DNA of 63,751 bases, filler included, from Choristocarpus tenellus KU-1152 (GCA_964200185.2; 13 parts of 13 records of this genome joined end to end with filler, not necessarily neighbours in it), one strand, 5' to 3'; numbered from the whole stretch's first letter, positions 13,510 through 27,200 are shown. Notes: generated by a model from the sequence alone, not told the origin. Numbers and translations are program-made.

Positions 13510-14378
13510 ATTGAGTCGTGTCAAGGAACTGCAGCTCTTCCCGCCCTCCCTTCGACCCAGTCAGTGTTTATGTGAGATGTGATGAAGGAAGGTATGTAGT
13601 AGGGATACTGAAAGGACAGCGTGATAGGAGGGAATCGAAGGCATTTTGATATTTGGTAAGATGCTGAAAACGAACCATTTTTCTGTTAAGTACTGTCATA
13701 ACATCCCATAATATCAATATTGTGGTGAAAAAATAATTGGGAAGAACAGTTGCGTAAGGACGACGGCCTTTCACGGAACAATCCGTAGTTTTCCCAATAA
13801 CAGGGGATTCGCAAAATTGAGGATGGCGCGGGACTATGAGGATGGTTGTTTTTCGAAAACNNNNNNNNNNNNNNNNNNNNNNNNNNNNNNNNNNNNNNNN
13901 NNNNTTAATTAATTAANNNNNNNNNNNNNNNNNNNNNNNNNNNNNNNNNNNNNNNNNNNNGCCAGAATTGGGCCGAAAGTGACTGACGGTAAACCTAACC
14001 CGTGTGTTTGTCTGCAGCGTTTGCGTAGGAGCCAAAGGTCTCTTCCGTGCCACCGTACCACTCCGTCCTGTAGACGCTTGAAGGATATCCCAGCTTACGT
14101 CTTTAACTCGCTTCTGTTTCCCACCTCGCCCGGGTCTATCACCAGCGTGCACCCAGCCTTCTACAAAACTAGTTTTGCCGTACTTCTCAAGGGTCATTAG
14201 CGCGGCGTTGTCACGTGTGTGATCACTGGTCGGCCGAAGTCAGTGAATATCCACCCCACGCTCCCCGTCCTCGCCGATGCACTCCGCTAGGATCTTGCCG
14301 ACCAAGAGCGGGGCCTCCATTGCCACAAAAAAGGAAAACCTGCCTTCCTGCACTGAGACTAGGTTTTCCATGGTTCCC

Positions 14379-17230
14379 CTATGTCAACGTAGTACGAGGC
14401 CAACCCCGTCTACGGGAGCCAGGTTCTTCCTTGTCACTGTCCGATGAGGAAGAGTGTGTTTCCTCGAGCCCGCCGAGATCATTGCCACCGCTGACGAGAT
14501 TATCTCCCCCACCCGAACGTTCACCCTGGTCGTTGTCTTCGACGTCGCCGGTGCTAGTTCCAGCACCATCGTCATCGGTGGGAAGCCAATGGACTGGGAG
14601 GTCGAAATCTCGTTCCCCTGTCTTTTGGAGAAGTTGCACAGACTCGCTTTGCTCGTGTTTCGCTCTCTGAACAGCTTCATCGTCTGCGAAGGTGAAATCC
14701 ATGAGCACGAGGACATCAACGGTATGGATGCATGAATGTTACTTTGTTACCAGGCGTGAGGATTCATGAATGTGCTCGGGGAGCATGCGGTGAGAGGAAG
14801 GGTGTATATTTCGTTGGAATCGACTCTGTTGAGTACAAGACCGGTACCCTCAAAACATTTATGGGGAGTAATCTATGGTAATTCTTATTGCAACATGCGA
14901 CGATCACTACACATGAGAATGCAATTTTTTCAAGATTTATTTTCTAAAGGCTGTAAAGGCTGCCTCGTACAAAAGTTGCACCTGATATTTTTGGCTGCCA
15001 CCGAATACCAAAATTAGCTATCAACTCCCCTCACGAAAAAATCGACTTACCCAGCGGGTACGCAGCAGGGAGGCGCTCGTGCGACGCCTGGTACCGCTGC
15101 TCCACCTTCAGGATGACGTCTTTGGGAACACTCTTGAGCTGGTAAGGTGGTGCATCTTGGATACGAGGCGGGTGGCCGATGAAGAGGTCGTGCGGAGGGG
15201 CGTTGGGGTCCATAGCAAGGTCTCCGCCTATGCCTCTCCATTCTGTGCGGTGCATGTATCGCTTTATGCTAACCTTCACCCGCCAATCACCGCCTTTTTC
15301 AACGCGAAAAGCCCTGTAGCTCGTGATGTTGGGGAGACGGTTGATGCGACCGCGAAGGAGTCCCTTGAAATTGCCCTCCTTCCGCAGGGTCTTGTAGTAT
15401 ACTGGAACCTCCGTATAAGAGGCCTGCAGTTCTTCACCCAGCTGTGTTCTTGTGAATATGTTTTTGCCTTTTATTCCACGTTAGAACCTGAAGGTGAAAT
15501 GCAAGCAAGTTAATTTCGAGGCGGGGGCGAAAGAAGCGAAGTGGAGAAGCAAGATATATATGCAGGCACATGCTCTGATGCATGTATATGGAAGTATAGA
15601 TATAAAAGTGGGTGATGCGTACATTTTTTTTCATTGTTTTGTTTCGAGAGTATGTTACCAAACAGTTTTGGCAGCTGCTCTTATCGTTCAATTTTATTGG
15701 GGGGAAATGAAAAGCCAATCAATCAATTACAGCGTATGACCTTAAACCTTCCAGGAATGCAACAAGCGTGAGCTGCAAGCCTCGAGGCTGTATCTGTCCG
15801 TATAAAAACACTATGTGGCTATCGAACTTGCATATCTTGCCTAATTACCTGGAGAAGATCAGATCGATTTTGATGTGCGTGTGCCCCACCATCGTATAAT
15901 GTATCTCAACCACACGAATGACACTCGTCGCAACCAACAACCCCGCGTATCCGAGAAAGAAATTGTTCTTGTTCTCTGAGACGCAGTTGTCGACCTGGCC
16001 AGTTTAGGGAGTTGGGAGCGAGGGAGGGATGTGCATGAGGCCGATATGTCAGCCCATTTCGCCGCGTTTCGTGGAGGAACAGGGTAGGTTTCCAGTATTG
16101 CTAGAGCGCAATCTCTACATCACCGCCATCATACATGCAGGTTGCAACACACAAACCAAAACTAAAGACCGTGCAGTTAGTTACTTGGTGACTGGTATTC
16201 AGCGAGTATGTGTTGAGTAGGTCGTGTCAAGATGAAACCTTCTTACCTGCCAATGCGCGTGCTGGATGATGCAATTCCCCGAGTCATCGAGGCTGTTGCG
16301 GTACTTGTCGATAAGCCTTGTGAGGGCAAGGTGGGTGGCTGTGCAGACAAGGTTACAACCTGCGCGAACAATGATGTTCAACAACTGTTGGCAAAAGTAC
16401 TCTGCTCACTTACGCATTGTTTATTTGGAGCTAAAAAGAGGGGTAATGTAATTTGTTTATGCAACGTAGAGGACATACACCCATACGGCTGATGTACATG
16501 CCTGCGATCTCCACCACCCGTTGATTAGCTCTTACGCTCCTCTCGCCCTAAACCTAAGATGAGGCGTAGGAGGGCAGAGGAGCACAGCGCATCATCAGTT
16601 AATCGACTGTTCACTCGGCCTGCGGTATCTGTAGGCACATCGTGTAAGGATGTACTCGTCCTTAAGGATTTACCCTACGGCAGGTCCACTCGCCGCGACA
16701 GTAAATCAAGTGATGCGTGTGCAACCAGCATCTATTCGGTCATGTGATTATTCGCCACGACCAACAATGCGTACCTCCTCCAAGATTGATAGGAGTGAAG
16801 AACGCCTCCGGGAACTGGCCTTCGATGTGTGCGGCCACGATCTTCTGGCGCTCAGAGTAGCCCCTGATAAGGGTGACATGAACGAAAGGAACTTGTAAAG
16901 AAAGGTCATCACGATGAACGGAATATGTAGTGGAATTATGTGCGTTTGTTTTGGCGATTACTTCTTGGGACTTTGCACTCATTCGTAGAATAAAACATGG
17001 TCTTCTATTCTGTTCCGCTTGCGGCTGCAAAGTTCTTGTCGGATGGACTATGCGTGCGTGTGGTTACCTGTCACCGCCGTGGGTAGGTGGGTAAAGTGCT
17101 GGGAGGGCGTGTGCTGTCTGGTTCGCGTCGTCTACGGACATGAACACGAAGCCGAGAGGTTTGCCGTCGGCTTTGGCCCGCATGGCGCTGCTGGTACTGT
17201 TGGCGATGACCAGCCAACCCCCTTGAATAA
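14379..17230 (-). mobile_element. Spliced Sola-like DDD transposase gene; exons ~17230-17068, 16863-16775, 16359-16247, 15994-15849, 15793-15748, 15441-15051, 14683-14379
   Basis: Joined translation gives SVDDANQTAHALP...FTPINLGGGCNLVC...HWQVDNCVSENKNNFFLGY...VGHTHIKIDLIFSRYS...ITSYRAFRV; all six introns are GT-AG and phase-compatible. Confidence 0.8.
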
Positions 17231-19229
17231 TCTTGCGGATGGGGGACAGCAACATCGCGTGCATTAATCAAATAAATCTGCTCAGAGTTTCAACAAAAAT
17301 TGCCGCTTGTTAACACGTATCAGGTTAGTTAGTAACAAAAATGTAGTCTGGGTAACAGTAGATGTTTGTATTGGGATATGTTTTTTATTGCTGCGTTCAA
17401 GACAAACAAAGGGTTATCAGGATGGTAGGAAGTACGCACGTACCGGGCCGGAAGACCACTACATGACCTGTCCCTCCCACAGCCCGTTGTACACTACCAG
17501 GAAGCAGTCTATCGTACAAGGTGTTTGGGCAGCTAATAACAGCAAGTTTTGCGGTGANNNNNNNNNNNNNNNNNNNNNNNNNNNNNNNNNNNNNNNNNNN
17601 NTTAATTAATTAANNNNNNNNNNNNNNNNNNNNNNNNNNNNNNNNNNNNNNNNNNNNAAAAACTTTTCAATCCCCCCCACACAAAAATGTCTGACCCCCC
17701 CCCCCCAAAAAAAAAAAAGCCGTGTGCGGTGCAGATATCGTACGCATTAGGTTCACAGCACTAAAGAGCCGAAGTCAACAAGAGGAACCCAGATTTTTCA
17801 ATTTTTCACTTTAAGCCGCTCTATCACATTTTGGGATTCGCACTTATCCCTTTGGATGAAGCGCCAGGATTGACTCGAGAGCGCTGATCTCTCCATTGTT
17901 TGAAAATTCTTGACGGAATTAAGAAAATGTCTATGCGTGCTTGTAAAAAAGGTGAAATTTTACAAATTTGTCAGTTACCCTAAAAATGCAACACTGGGAA
18001 CTTCTCCTTTCCTTTGGCTCACCCTTCTGCGTATCACCAATAGTTACAAATATGGTGTAGGGGTGGGTGAGGGGTGGGGGAGAAGTATGGACACTAAACA
18101 CCACTAGAGTGTAACCTGTGAGTGGCAATACATGGTATTTGGAAATGTCAAATAAATATTTGGAGCGGTTCTTGCTGCTAGTATTTGCCGACACTCAGTG
18201 AAGGTTGGGGCATGCAAGCAAGGGTGGTGGGAGTTGAGGGGGAGGGGAGGACTTATTTAACGAGAAAGAATTTAGCGTCTGGGGCTCAAAGGTACACTTG
18301 TTGAAGCATGAAACATGATATTGCTCCTATCCATGAACGGAGGAGGCTCTAGTACATGCCGACCTTCTTCCAACAAGGGACATTGGTGAATACATCCTAT
18401 TGGATTAATACAACACTATTACTCATTACTGCACCCTTTCTATAATTGTATGTGTCGCCTCTTGTATTATGTTCCCTAACCCTCAACATTTTCCACACTT
18501 AGGGCAACGAAATGCTGGCATAACAAACATCAACTATGCTATACTCTTGCCTCGGAAAACAGACTTCACCGGTCGAATATGGCCAAACATGTAAGGTTAA
18601 CATGAGCATTGGGTGTTACATTGATCTGGTTGTGATGTTACTTTTGCTGCCATGGCTCAAGGGGTATATATGACTGGGTTTGGGGCTCACATATACACAT
18701 CCACACGGCAAAGCTGTCGATTTCCTCCACCAACACAGAAAAGAGAAACGTGAGCATATTAAATTATACCGTCTTCGTAGAGAGTTGCATTCACGGAGGG
18801 GGTGCACTACAAGCTAAGGTACCACGAAGAGTCAAACTGATTGAGAGGTATACAAGCTTGCATTTTACGGATCCCAAGAAAGGGCAAAAGTTGCCATTGT
18901 GTACAATTGCAAAACGAGGCTTCGCTGATTTATGGTGTCGCCTTGTGTGTGGAACAGGGGAGTATCAATTTTGCATATACTGCGATGCTCAGAAAGCATT
19001 GAATTAGAGTGAACTGCACAGATCAAGGAAGACGGCTTAGAATGCCAAAACGTTCGAAACCTGCCCACCTCTGAATTGATCGGGTTCAAGTTCACCCATG
19101 AAGTGACCACTGCCACTCTAGATCTCTCTGCCTTCTGTTCATCTCTCCTGCTATGTTTTGTTCAAACAATATATATAAATATATCAAACATGTGCACAGA
19201 GACCAACTGTTACTGATAGTAGCACCTAC

Positions 19230-21187
19230 CACAATTCCATGTGGCATCTCAGCAAAGATGTATCGACGAGAAGGGTCCAAGGGCTCTTCAACAACGCATT
19301 GCCATTGAAAGTAACGCCTCCACACGCGAAAGATCCATGAGTTTATGAAGGATGCCCTGGGGTAGCGGTTGTTCAATGGCCTGAAGTCATAGATACCCCC
19401 ACCCATCCACCCCAATAAGAGAGAAATGTTATCATTGAGAAACGTGCCTTGATAGGAAGTGTAGTTACGGTTGTACAAGTTAGTTTGAGGGCTGTGGCAT
19501 TAGATTAATACATGGGGGAGACAACCATTGTTGTTCTGAGACTACAGGGAGAGGATTGGTCTAAGAAAAGAGCTAGTGACTTCTTTTTTTTTTAATGTGA
19601 ACTACACTATGAGCTTAGAAAGAACGGAGAAAGTCGATTGGAGTGAAAAATGCTGTGTGAGAGCTTACGCAACACTCAGCTTCAGGGCAGTGAGAGAGAG
19701 TTTCCAATGTGCTCCAGTGTTCAATGCAGTTCTACTGCTGCCAAACAAGATCATATTTCAAGAGCATATATCATACTTTATAATGCGATTGAAAGTGCTT
19801 CAGAGGACGAAACCTCCTGAGTGTACCTATGCACATTTACATCTACCTCAACGCCAGTGAAGCAACTTTCTGTTCAGTGGACATGACAGAAGCGCAGTCA
19901 TTTACTACTTGCTGACTTCCAGTGCTTCTGCCAGCAGTCGCGTGAGTCAGTCGCGAAAATGTTCAAAATGACAAGTTGACCAGGACATGTTGCATTATTA
20001 ACATAGATTCCTCCATTCTGAAGTTAGTGCGTAGTACATACTACGAAGTAAAACGCAATCGAAGTATCGTCGTTCGCTTGCATCCTGACATTTCTCACCA
20101 GTAGGATGAACTGGCGAGCACTGCGGCGATACTCCCCGTCAGTGCTTAGCGTGCAGCGATGGCGTGCACTACAAGAGCGATTTCTAAGCCAACAATCAAA
20201 TGGAACCACCCACATATCTGAGAAGTGATATTGGGGAGGGTGAGAGGGAGGGGTTTAGGAAGCCCGCCAAACGCTGGTTGACTCTGCAACCGATTGGATG
20301 ACGATCATTGAACTCCCTCGGGAGATCAAAGGCTTCTCATAAGCCAGTGTCGTTATAATAAGAGGCTGTCAGCTACGGGCGATGTGTTCGAGACAGTGCA
20401 AGGGGAATGTTAAAAGCATGTTAGAGTAGCGCTTTAGGGTGTACATATTAACACGCCCATCTACTCCTTCAAGCTTCCTGTTTCGTGACTCAAGAACGTT
20501 TGGGTGCATAATTTAAGCGGAGTCTACAGCTGCCACGCACGAGTGCCTAGGCACACTCTCCAGTATGCTGCCTTCACACTCCCTTGCAAAGCTTGGCTTC
20601 GCATAAATACAGCCATGGTAATCCAGCCTCCTGCTGACTCAATATACATCAGACCTGTAATTGAAAAGTACAGCTACTAAAATGAAGCAGTCGATATCCA
20701 TTTCCACACGAAGCCTATTTCACTTGTAGCTTCAACTTAAGTTTAGAGCTCCTTGCGCCGTGAAAGACGGCCTAAAACTAGGTATTTCTCATAGTACACG
20801 AAGTAGTCCAGTAACCAGAGCGGATATTTTCTCATAGAGACTGCCTTACACCGTTTCAGGACCTCAGTCGTACAAAATCCACCTCAAAATCTCTTCGCAT
20901 TCCATGTTTGTTTGGCTGGAAAACAACCTCTATCACCTCACGAACCTTGCACTTACCAATCCCAAGGTCACCATGGCAACTAGCGACTCCAAGAAGCCAG
21001 GCTTGACCGTCTGGCAGAATGTCCCTTCTTTGCCTTGAATTGGGTGCTGAAGGTTGCAATTGGGGCATAGGTGTGCCTCCCAGGCCCCTTGCCCAAAATC
21101 TGAGCTGTTATCTGAAAGGCATTTCTCGACAGATGTGCTTGCAACCGTCTCGCCCACTCCTTTTCCGTGCACCTGTCTCTCGCCCAT
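19230..21187 (-). pseudogene. DGAT2/MGAT-family acyltransferase 5' exons 21187-20957, 20217-20099, 19380-19230, with in-frame TAA at 20146-20148
   Basis: Spliced peptide ...LVAMVTLGL|ICGWFHLIVG...AR*ALTG...SYW|PLNN...WIFRVWRRYFQW...LDPSRRYIFAEMPHGIV contains the DGAT2 YF and PHG motifs; downstream exons not found. Confidence 0.7.
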
Positions 21188-21789
21188 GACATGACCGAGT
21201 TACCAATCAAAACTGTCTATCGAGGCTATACACAGTAGGTTTGATGAGCAAGGAGGAGGTAAAGGGGATCTGCCTCTAGGTGTGTCGTAGTTGAACTGAT
21301 GACACGAAAGACGAAGGATGGAGTAGTATTATGTGATGCGGCGGGATTTGTCATCCTTCGTCACCACGCCTGGACCAATCAAAGTGAACAGAACTATCGA
21401 GCCACCACCTACCTCTCCTATCTCCAATGTACCGCACATCAAAGATAGAAAACGTACCAAAAAACGTTACTCAACCAATGAAAAATAAAGTCAAGAATGA
21501 ACACAAAAACGAGGCGAGAATAATTTACGTGTGCAATATTATATGTTCTGTTTCAATGACACTAAATAATTTCAACGATCATGATGAAATAAAAACAAAA
21601 AATATAACTATAGTAGTAGTAGTATAGTACACATTTAATTTTATTGTGTTGGTGATGTTTCGAACACAATTCTCAACAAGTAGGAAGTTATTTCATCATT
21701 TTCATTAGTATGCAAAATTAGAAATACTACGTAAAAAGTTGGAATGGTTATAACTATATTGATCCCTATTTTGTTCATTTATTATATTT

Positions 21790-22160
21790 TGTTGTGTTAG
21801 CCCATCACTTATGTGCGAGCAATATAGTTCATTGAAAGCATTTAAACTCCATGTCTACATACCACAGTTGTCCCTGCTTGTATTGCGCTTCGGTTATTCC
21901 CATAACAAGTCGTAACCCCTTGTGGTATGCCAAGCTCCCCCAGGATTCCTCGGATAAATATGCCATTTTGTTGCCCATTTTTTGATGACGTAAGCTGAAG
22001 TGTGATATCATTACCCTGCTTAGAGCTAATATTGACACACCCTTGCAAACACTGTGCAACCACGAACTCGCCATTACCCTAAATTCGACCCAATTTCATG
22101 TTTTGGGTGTACGCCGTACATGACAAAGGGAGTGGGGGTGCACACTATGATGACCTGTGC
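21790..22160 (-). mobile_element. Copia RNase H remnant
   Basis: VAQCLQGCVNISSKQG...IFIRGILGELG...YGNNRSAIQ; related to the copy at 25912-26211. Confidence 0.7.
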
Positions 22161-22254
22161 CCTCATAGAAAACAATATGATAGACTGGTTTACAAAAAGA
22201 GTTTGAAAAGAGTAGATCCACATATCGCTTGGTGGGTAGCTTAATAAGACAGAC

Positions 22255-24800
22255 CTACGTATGTTGAACATAGTAAACCTTACTCACCAACTTCTTAAGT
22301 GATGCAAGGATTTGTCTGAAAACAAGAGGCAAGATGCTTGGTAGTGTCAATTTGTCCATGCTGGTTAAGCTAGTCCACCCTCCAGGTGATATTATGTCCC
22401 ATAGCTGCTCGTCACTTGTGCAAGGAGGGGAAGTTTGTGGGTCTGCCATGACAAATGCTATCGCCCAGATTTCGTCCTTGTTTAGCAACCCCGTTAAGGA
22501 CGAGACTTGACTAGTATTGTTCTTCTGTATTGATAAGAAGATGTTGGTACGATGGACATGTATGGGAAGGTGAGCAGGGGGTGATGGGGTTGTGGGTTGT
22601 GATGTATGTGATGCAGGGTAGCGCATAGTGATTTGAAGGATGAGCCTGTCTGCACGAAGTGTAACCACGACTTATAATCAAGAAAGGACAGCTTCAGTCA
22701 TTTCTATGAAAAGTACCTGAGATAGTAAGGAGGGTAAGTAGATATCCTTCATGTGGCATTGGCATGAAGTATTTCCACTTGATTCTGCCGAATGAAATCC
22801 AAGTTGGGGAGGGCATCAAGACGGTTTTCGTAACCGGAGTCTACTGTCCTGACCCCAAGATTCGTCGAACATTTTGCACGAGTCAACCTATTACCTTCAC
22901 CAGTCACAAGTAGTTTGAAACTGAGAGGTTGTCTCTGTTGCAGTTTGAAGAAGGAGGTTCCATTTGTCGAAATCACTATGGTGAAGTTCACTTTGAGTGA
23001 TCCAGCATGTACCACAACAACAGCGTGAATGTTTACAGATCTTGAAGTCACATTGTTGTGAGTATCCGAAACTATCTATGTGTCTCCCTCCACTCATAAA
23101 CACTTGTGTTGAGATCGACATGGTGCATTGAGGCAATGGGATAACAGTAGCCCGGTTTCCTCACCCCTGTGCCAAAAGATAGTGGTAGCTATGGGTGGAT
23201 TGAAACGGATGATCAGGGGTCGTAATTCAAATAGGGCTAAGTTGACGCCCAATCAACTACTCATGAAAGATAAAGTACCTCCGCGAGGGGCTATCAACCC
23301 TGACACGGTAAGCTCATAACCATTATTGTGTCTATGTGAGTAGTGAAGGGAGAAGGAAGGGTGAGTCTGTGGTGAACGCAGTCAAGGAGAAGTGATATAA
23401 TACACTTATTAAACTTTGTTAACATGGATGGTCAAGGACAAGGATGGAATGGGACATGGGTCCCTCACCTTTTTAAGTCTCTTCTCTCTGGCAGGCACCT
23501 TAGTATGACATCCCCTACCCCAACCATGACCGTGTCACCCATGTACAAGGTCTGATCGTCATCCCTGCCCTTGGTGGACTTGATGCCCCTCACCGAGAAC
23601 CTGCAGATCATCTCTCCATTGAGGAAGGAAGCCTTCATGCCCTTAGCCTTTGCTGTGGGTACTGGTAAAAGGTCGTCTGAGAGATCTTCACATGGGGCTC
23701 CGTTATAACATGTCACGTATGTAGAGTCTGGAAATATAGTAAATCACATACGGTAGGCATGGATCATCGATATGATGCGTGCAAATCCTTACAGAATATG
23801 TATTGGAAGATGATACATTTCACAGTGGAACATTAATAGATTATTAACACGGAAACTACTGAAGTATTTATTTCGCCTGGCGAGGGCACATGGCCCCCAA
23901 GTAGAATACCAGTCTCCATGTCCTGCTCCAACACCAGTGTCAAGATTTCGCTTGTCCATGTGTGGGAATAAGATTCGAAGTGTGCAGATTGAGTTGATTT
24001 CAAGTTGGGATTTATCGTTGGACTGATTTGATTCTCACTGAATAGTCAGAGCAGGGGAGCATGTCAAGATTATGCTTGACCATTTGTGAGAATGTGATTC
24101 GAGTAATATTTTATGTAGGCACAGACGATGATGCGGGACCTTCGGGATATTTAAGCGGGGTATTTGACCAGAAGTAATCGGCGGAATGTTAGATTCGGAG
24201 TGTTTCTGACGCGTACTAGAGAATTGTTGAGTCATTTGGTATTCTGAGTCTTTTACAGTAAGGATTGGTGAGCCCTACCTAGTGATGGTATCTTACTTTC
24301 TTCTCAACTGTGATACAAGCTAATAAACAATAATAAAACTAGTTGTGTGGGACAACAGATCATCAAGGACAGCTTAACAACCAGATGTATCGGGAAATCC
24401 AGTGATTGCCTACCCTTACTATCCACGCTAAGAGGTTTTTGTTCCCAGAGTTGCACCAGGCGCCTTGTCTTAAACCAGAAGTGAGACGAGCCATTAGGAA
24501 AGTCTACTGGGTCAAAGTTCAGCCCAGTGCCATTTCCATCGACAAAACGCAGCATTGATGCGATACCATCTATCATGGCATGTGATGGTCTGTCCATCGC
24601 CACGAACATGGCAAAGAGCAGGTGCATCAATTTTGGGAATGGAGCAAACTCATCAGCAACGGTGTTGATCCTGAGCTTGTGCCCGTCAACAATTTTGTTT
24701 GGCAACATATTGTGGAGGCTTCCCAACGTTGGCAAACCTGAACCTGTACACCCTCCGTTTCCCCCACTTTTATCCTCACCAGATACGATGCTTCCCCCAG
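22255..24800 (-). mobile_element. Heavily degenerate CACTA/Plavaka-like transposase remnant
   Basis: Fragments FAPFPKLMHLLF and NRLDALPNLDFIRQNQVEILH (cf. the PVEILH motif of fungal-type EnSpm/Plavaka transposases), Cys-rich stretch, many stops; interrupted by a solo LTR. Confidence 0.5.
24062..24379. mobile_element. Solo LTR (318 bp)
   Basis: TGTCAAG...CTTAACA termini; flanks AGCA/ACCA; inverted homolog at 49880-50202. Confidence 0.8.
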
Positions 24801-25156
24801 TACCTTTGTCAGGAGGACCTTAGGTGCCATCCATATCGACACTGGAGCTTCCCTCAAAGTCGCTCAAAAATTCAAAGCCGTAGCCTGAGCCATCGTTGTA
24901 GTTTCCATCACCTTGTCAGTACACCCCTGAGCTCTCCCCATTAATGTCCAACAACTTCGGTTCTTGTGTCACATTGTCCACCACATCATGCACCAGCACG
25001 TCTCCAGACGATCTCCTCCTCCTTCCTCATTTATGACATTTCCTCCATATATCACCAACTATGGGACTCTCTGTGATACTTTCTGTAGATGTTTCCATAA
25101 ATTGTCTTCTGACATGACTTCCTCTTTTGACAGTTTAGGATTAACTCTTGCGTTTC

Positions 25157-25858
25157 AGGTGTGTATGATACCAATTACAGTAATATATGTAACCAAAAGC
25201 ATTTGGGATTATGGATGATATTTTAACGGGATAAGTATATAGGATTATTTCTAGGTTGAAGTCCATATGTTCAAGACCTTATTCTATAAGGTACTGGAGT
25301 TTTGTGGAAACTTTACAGGTTTTTCTTTTTGGTGATTCTTTCTAGAAGAAAGAGGCCCAAAACAAAGCCCCACTCTCCATTACAATATCACGCTTCTCTT
25401 TTCAACCATCTCATCACGTTTCAGCAAAGGGGAATAGGGTGAGGCTACCATCTCTTTCTTTTCTCTTCTTCCATACTGATAGAAACAGCAGTCTAAATCT
25501 GCACAATGTAATTTTAGATTGGTGTTTGTGTCAGTATGGAAGAAAAGAGAAGAAAGAGATGGGAGCCTCACACGATTTCCCTTTATTGGAATGTGATGAG
25601 ATGGTTGAAAAGAAGAGTGATATTACCCTTTAGATGGTGGGGCTTGGTTTAGCACCAGTTGCTTCTAGAAAGAGTCACTAATGAACACTTACAACCCTTG
25701 TAGAAAACTCTATCAATATACAGAAAAGCCTTTCGAACATGTCGACATCAAAACCTAGAATTGATTCTCTACAAATATCTTGGTAAGATATGAAACATCA
25801 TCCCGAATACTTTCAGTTACATATTAATGTAATTCATATCCCATTCTGCACACACTGC
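25157..25858. repeat. ~700-bp foldback palindrome centred near 25505
   Basis: Arms are reverse complements along their length, best in 25380-25633; the ORF track shows mirror-image ORFs 25380-25571(-) and 25439-25633(+). Confidence 0.9.
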
Positions 25859-25879
25859 AGGTGGAAGTACAAGAACACA

Positions 25880-27200
25880 GATTGCTTCAACTCTTAAACC
25901 CTACATTCATCCTATGAACATTGTGTGTACGAACCCTCTTCGACAAACTTCTTCCGTAACCTCTTTGTTGAAATGTCAGCAAGTTGCAGTATAGTAGGTA
26001 TGTACTTCACTACAAAAATTCCTTGACTCGCATACTCTATTGTGCATTTCAACTTAATGTCTACATGCCTCATTCTTCCGTCGAACTCCACAGTTGTCCG
26101 TGCTTGTATTGTGCTTCGGTTATCCCCATACCAAGTCGTAAACCTGTGTGGTTTGCCAAGCCCCCACAGGATTCCTCGGATAAATATCGCGTGTCTCATC
26201 CCTTGTACCATTGCTGTCCGTTCTGCTTCTGAGGTAGGTGTGGTTAAAGCTCCATTAATTTCGACTTCTATTGAATAGGAGTATATATCATGTGACGCTT
26301 TGTCTCAGTACAGGATCGTTGGCCCAGTCCGAGTCTCCATACCCTATGAGCCCTTTGTTGTATCTCTCTCCTTCAGTGGGATAGTGTATCCCTACATTAG
26401 TGGTGCATGCAACGTAACACAGTACGTGTTGCAGTCCCTTCCAGTGTCGCCTGCATGGTAATGAAGCAGGATGACCCAGTTCCCTCACAGAGCTGGAGAG
26501 ATCCGGTCGCATCATTCCTGCGACGAGCATCAGGTTCCCCCCAAAAATGCGATAGGGGTAACGTTCTTGATCTAGTTCCTCCTCGTCCTACGTCGTGGTT
26601 TCTTTCAAGTCCATTGTAACATTTATGGACCGATTGCTTCAAATCGTAAATAGCCTTCACGCCTTGACCACCATACTCTCAGGCAGTTGTAACCATACGT
26701 CCTCGCGTAGCGAAGCATTGAGGTAGGCTTGTTTAAAATCCAGTGAGTGCACCTCCAAATTGCGAGCTGCTGTTGCTAGGACTGTCCTGACTACATCGAT
26801 TCCAACCACTGGGTGAAAGTGTTAAAGTAGTCAACACCCTCCCGTTGAATGAAGGCCCGTGCCACCAGCCTGGCCTTAAACCATTCAGTGGTCCCTTCGG
26901 CTGTCCGCTATGGCTTAAATACGAACTCAGCCAAAACCTCTCCCTCTATGAGTATACCCTTCGTTCATGTTTATTTCATCTCCTTTTCCATGGTCACTTG
27001 ACATTCTCGCGTGTCAGGTACCGCGAGCGTTTCTGATATAAATGATGGCTCTTGTGGAAAGCATGTTTGTCTGTTATTATACTGTTATTGCCGTATGCCA
27101 TATACCGTTATACCGATTGAGGTTCCCAGTCAAGAGTCCATGATTTCACAGACAGACTTTCTGTCAGAATGTCACACATGGAAGGTCCACTTTATTCTCA
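25880..27200 (-). mobile_element. Degenerate Copia pol (RT + RNase H)
   Basis: KAIYDLKQS, MRPDLSSSVREL, IGYGDSDWANDP, RMRHVDIKLK, YIPTILQLADISTK in shifted frames. Confidence 0.9.

Noticed and set aside
10007-13860. Endogenous giant-virus segment
   Set aside because: Only one ankyrin-like gene; no viral core genes or gene-dense organisation.
20146-20148. Alternative genetic code (TAA as sense)
   Set aside because: Single case; TAA ends the copine CDS and no in-frame TAA/TAG occurs in HYDIN, FtsH or copine exons.
25380-25633. Pair of similar small ORFs on opposite strands
   Set aside because: By-product of the palindrome, not evidence of genes.
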